Positions 59,241-64,000 of a DNA stretch of 64,000 nt are shown in pieces. The notes under the pieces are model-generated. The model worked only from the letters and a program-made list of their open reading frames with translations, was not told where the DNA came from and did no database searches. The DNA is from the human T2T-CHM13v2.0 reference genome, Homo sapiens. Position 1 is the stretch's first letter; the number at the start of each line of letters is the position of its first letter. The stretch lies in the NCBI RefSeq assembly GCF_009914755.1, contig NC_060938.1. One strand, given 5' to 3'. Position numbers and translations under genes: made by a program.

Positions 59241-61804
59241 AAATAAAAATATAAACTCCTCATGTATGACTTCTGTAGTCAGACACTAACACTGTATTTT
59301 TATTAGAAGCAGGAATTGGGGTAGGGGCATTAAATTTATATAACGCTTTTGAAACAATTCAGAAGCCTTTAATGTGGTCTCTTAACAATCAACGAGTTAG
59401 CCACATGACCTCATTTTGGTAGTATCCACAGGAGATTTGGCCTCTACTTCATTGGGCTCATTGAAGGTAATCAAATCTTTTCTAGTCATGAGAATCTTTG
59501 ATCTTTAATTATTTTACTAAGTCTTGCTCTTCAAAAATAACTGTCTTATTTAGTCCCATTAACCCACCAAGACCTGCTTACACATATACATATATATATG
59601 TAAAAGAAAAGAGTAAGGTCCCTTAAACTAAGGGGCAATCTCTGTGGAATATTTGGTGTCCCAAGGTGAAAGAGACACTGTAACATTTTACAGAGAATTT
59701 GTAGAGTGCTGAGTAAAAGCAAATAAATGAATTCTACAAATTAGCTCCAAGTTTAGAACAATTAAACACAAATAAGTACATTCTAATTTAAGCAAAAACC
59801 GTTATACCCAATGTACAGATTAACAGAAATTCACAAAGTGTTAAAATTTTTGCTAGTTCACCAGTAACTCCCATAAGATGTAAAGATTAGTCTACACGTT
59901 TTTAATGCTTTAGCAAGGATCATTTCTATAACTCCATAAGGCAGCATGGTATAGTGGTATGGCCGTCAAACTTCGGCATATAGCAGGGTTGCCTAGGAAG
60001 TTGCTCAAACAAACAAACAAACATACGTCCTGACCCTGGAAATTCTCATTCAGCAGTGTCAAAGCTTGGGCATCTAGCTTTACTTTGAACACACTCTCTA
60101 GTAATTCTGATACACTCTGAATTTGAGAACCATTAGTGTATTGGAAAGAACTCAGGCCCTTTGGAGCCATGAAAGACTGGATTTGAATTCTGATTCTGCC
60201 ATTTATTTGCTATGTGACTGGGGCGAATTACTTACCTCTCTGCACCATCACGTCTAAAATGCCAATCATTTGATTAACTTATCAAGTGATTACAGAGAAG
60301 TAGGATTAAGCACATACTATGCTGTTCTTATAGACAATTTTGCATTTAACAAAATTTTAGTTCATTTTGCATAGTAATCTATAATAAATGCTAAATGCAA
60401 CACAATGTTTGATTCACCATCTTGTCATGTTTTCTTTCCACACCAAAGGTCAATTTCACAGAGTTCTTTAATAATTCTTTCTTGCAGCTGGGCAGGAAAG
60501 GAACTAGGGTGGCTAGGAAGTTGAACAACCTTAAGATTATTTCTGCTCTGCAACAGAATTGGTGGTGTCGCTACATTATTTGTGCTAGAGGATGGAAGAA
60601 GTGTTGATACTAACTCAGAAGTGACAAGCAATAGTTTCCCTTTCTTCATGGTATTGTCATGGAGGAAGAAATTTCCTAGGAGAGGCAATAAACTACAGTA
60701 GGGAAAGTATGGGCTTTAGAGATTAGAGACCGGCATTCCAATTTTGCTGTATAACTGGGCACAAGTTACATAACCTTGGATAGAGGACAGCTTTCATGAA
60801 CTAATATCTCATCTGTGATATAGGAATAGGCACACTACAGAGATTTCTGAGGATTAGAGTAATGAAGTCAAATGTTTGTCTTAGTGCCTACCACATTGTA
60901 GGTCCCTAATGATAGGAAAATTCCCTTTCTACTTCCACAGCAGTACTCCATTTCCAAAAGATGCTGGTCAGAAAGCTGTGTCGTGTGTGTGTATGTGTAT
61001 GTGTTTGTGTGTGTGTGTGTGTGTTGGGCTATGCCAAGGTTGCTGATTCTATTCTGTGATCCAGAGTGTATGACGAAATCATGTTGAACCTCATGGCTCT
61101 TGAATAAAATAACTACGGGAAATTTGAAGCTTTTAAGAAAAAGACGGTGCGATTGGAAGAGATTTTTAAGAACAGGAAAGAAGCTGGACATGTAAAACCA
61201 TGCTGGTGATTGAATTAGTGAATGATAGTGTAAAAGAAGGTAAGAAAGAAGTTGAGAAAATAAATTGCTTCTGTTTCTGGAACTGTTAGTGTATCCCCAG
61301 GACTACATTTCCTTCCCTCCCTCCCTCTCTTCCTCCCTCCCTCCCTTTCCCCCTTCCTTCCTTCCTTCCCCTGTAACTGGCCCACAGGGGAGAGGTTGAA
61401 CATGCTTCAGCTGATCTGACTCCAGTAACAGGAAAACTGAAAACTAGTTACACTAGAGGCCTCTTGCTTTTTGTGAGATAATTTCTTAGGAAAAATTTTT
61501 AAAAAAAACTAATGAACACAACTGGCTTTGGAAGTTTAAGTGCAAATATTTATAATTTTGGAAGTTTCCAAATGCCTTTCCAAATGTTCCCAATTGCCTT
61601 TGCCTTATATAGAGATTTAACAGAATCATTAATGTCAATCAGAAACTCATTTTTGAAAGTTGAGAAAAAGCAGCTTTTATACAGGGAAGCCTGGGGCAAG
61701 CATAAACACACTACTTTTTTTTTTCCTACAAAAGAGTCTAAAAATTATCAAGGAACTCGTAAAATAAAATTAGCACTTCTATTGTGTGCTTCTTTAATAA
61801 TCAA

Positions 61805-64000
<2,196 letters not shown>

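Overview
Primate (human-like) genomic DNA with no intact protein-coding gene. It is a segmental-duplication mosaic of gene debris. On the minus strand are three intron-containing (unprocessed) gene fragments: PLAC9 exon 1 with its CpG island (~6.7 kb), the TMEM254 terminal exon and 3' UTR (~19.8-21.6 kb), and three FAR2 exons (37.9, 40.2 and 57.4 kb). On the plus strand are four mRNA retrocopies (a RAB6A-like 3' UTR remnant, SSBP3, USP10, and ARHGAP42 running off the window end) plus a BC200-like copy. The left ~34 kb is Alu-dense and the right ~30 kb is Alu-poor, with three younger L1PA 3' ends, two of them twin-primed. The gene set resembles the RAB6C/FAR2P/ARHGAP42P/PLAC9P duplication family (2q21 and pericentromeric paralogues), but I cannot fix the exact locus. 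All parent-gene identifications rest on my recall of the parent sequences, not on an alignment. I found no demonstrable new biological system. The best leads are: (1) a USP10 retrocopy keeping an open 403-codon N-terminal ORF with FGDF and PAM2 motifs but no catalytic Cys box; (2) a CDS-less RAB6 3' UTR sitting behind a strong splice acceptor; (3) a possible fossil poison exon inside the ARHGAP42 retrocopy; (4) a nested FAR2-intron > twin-primed L1 > SSBP3 structure.
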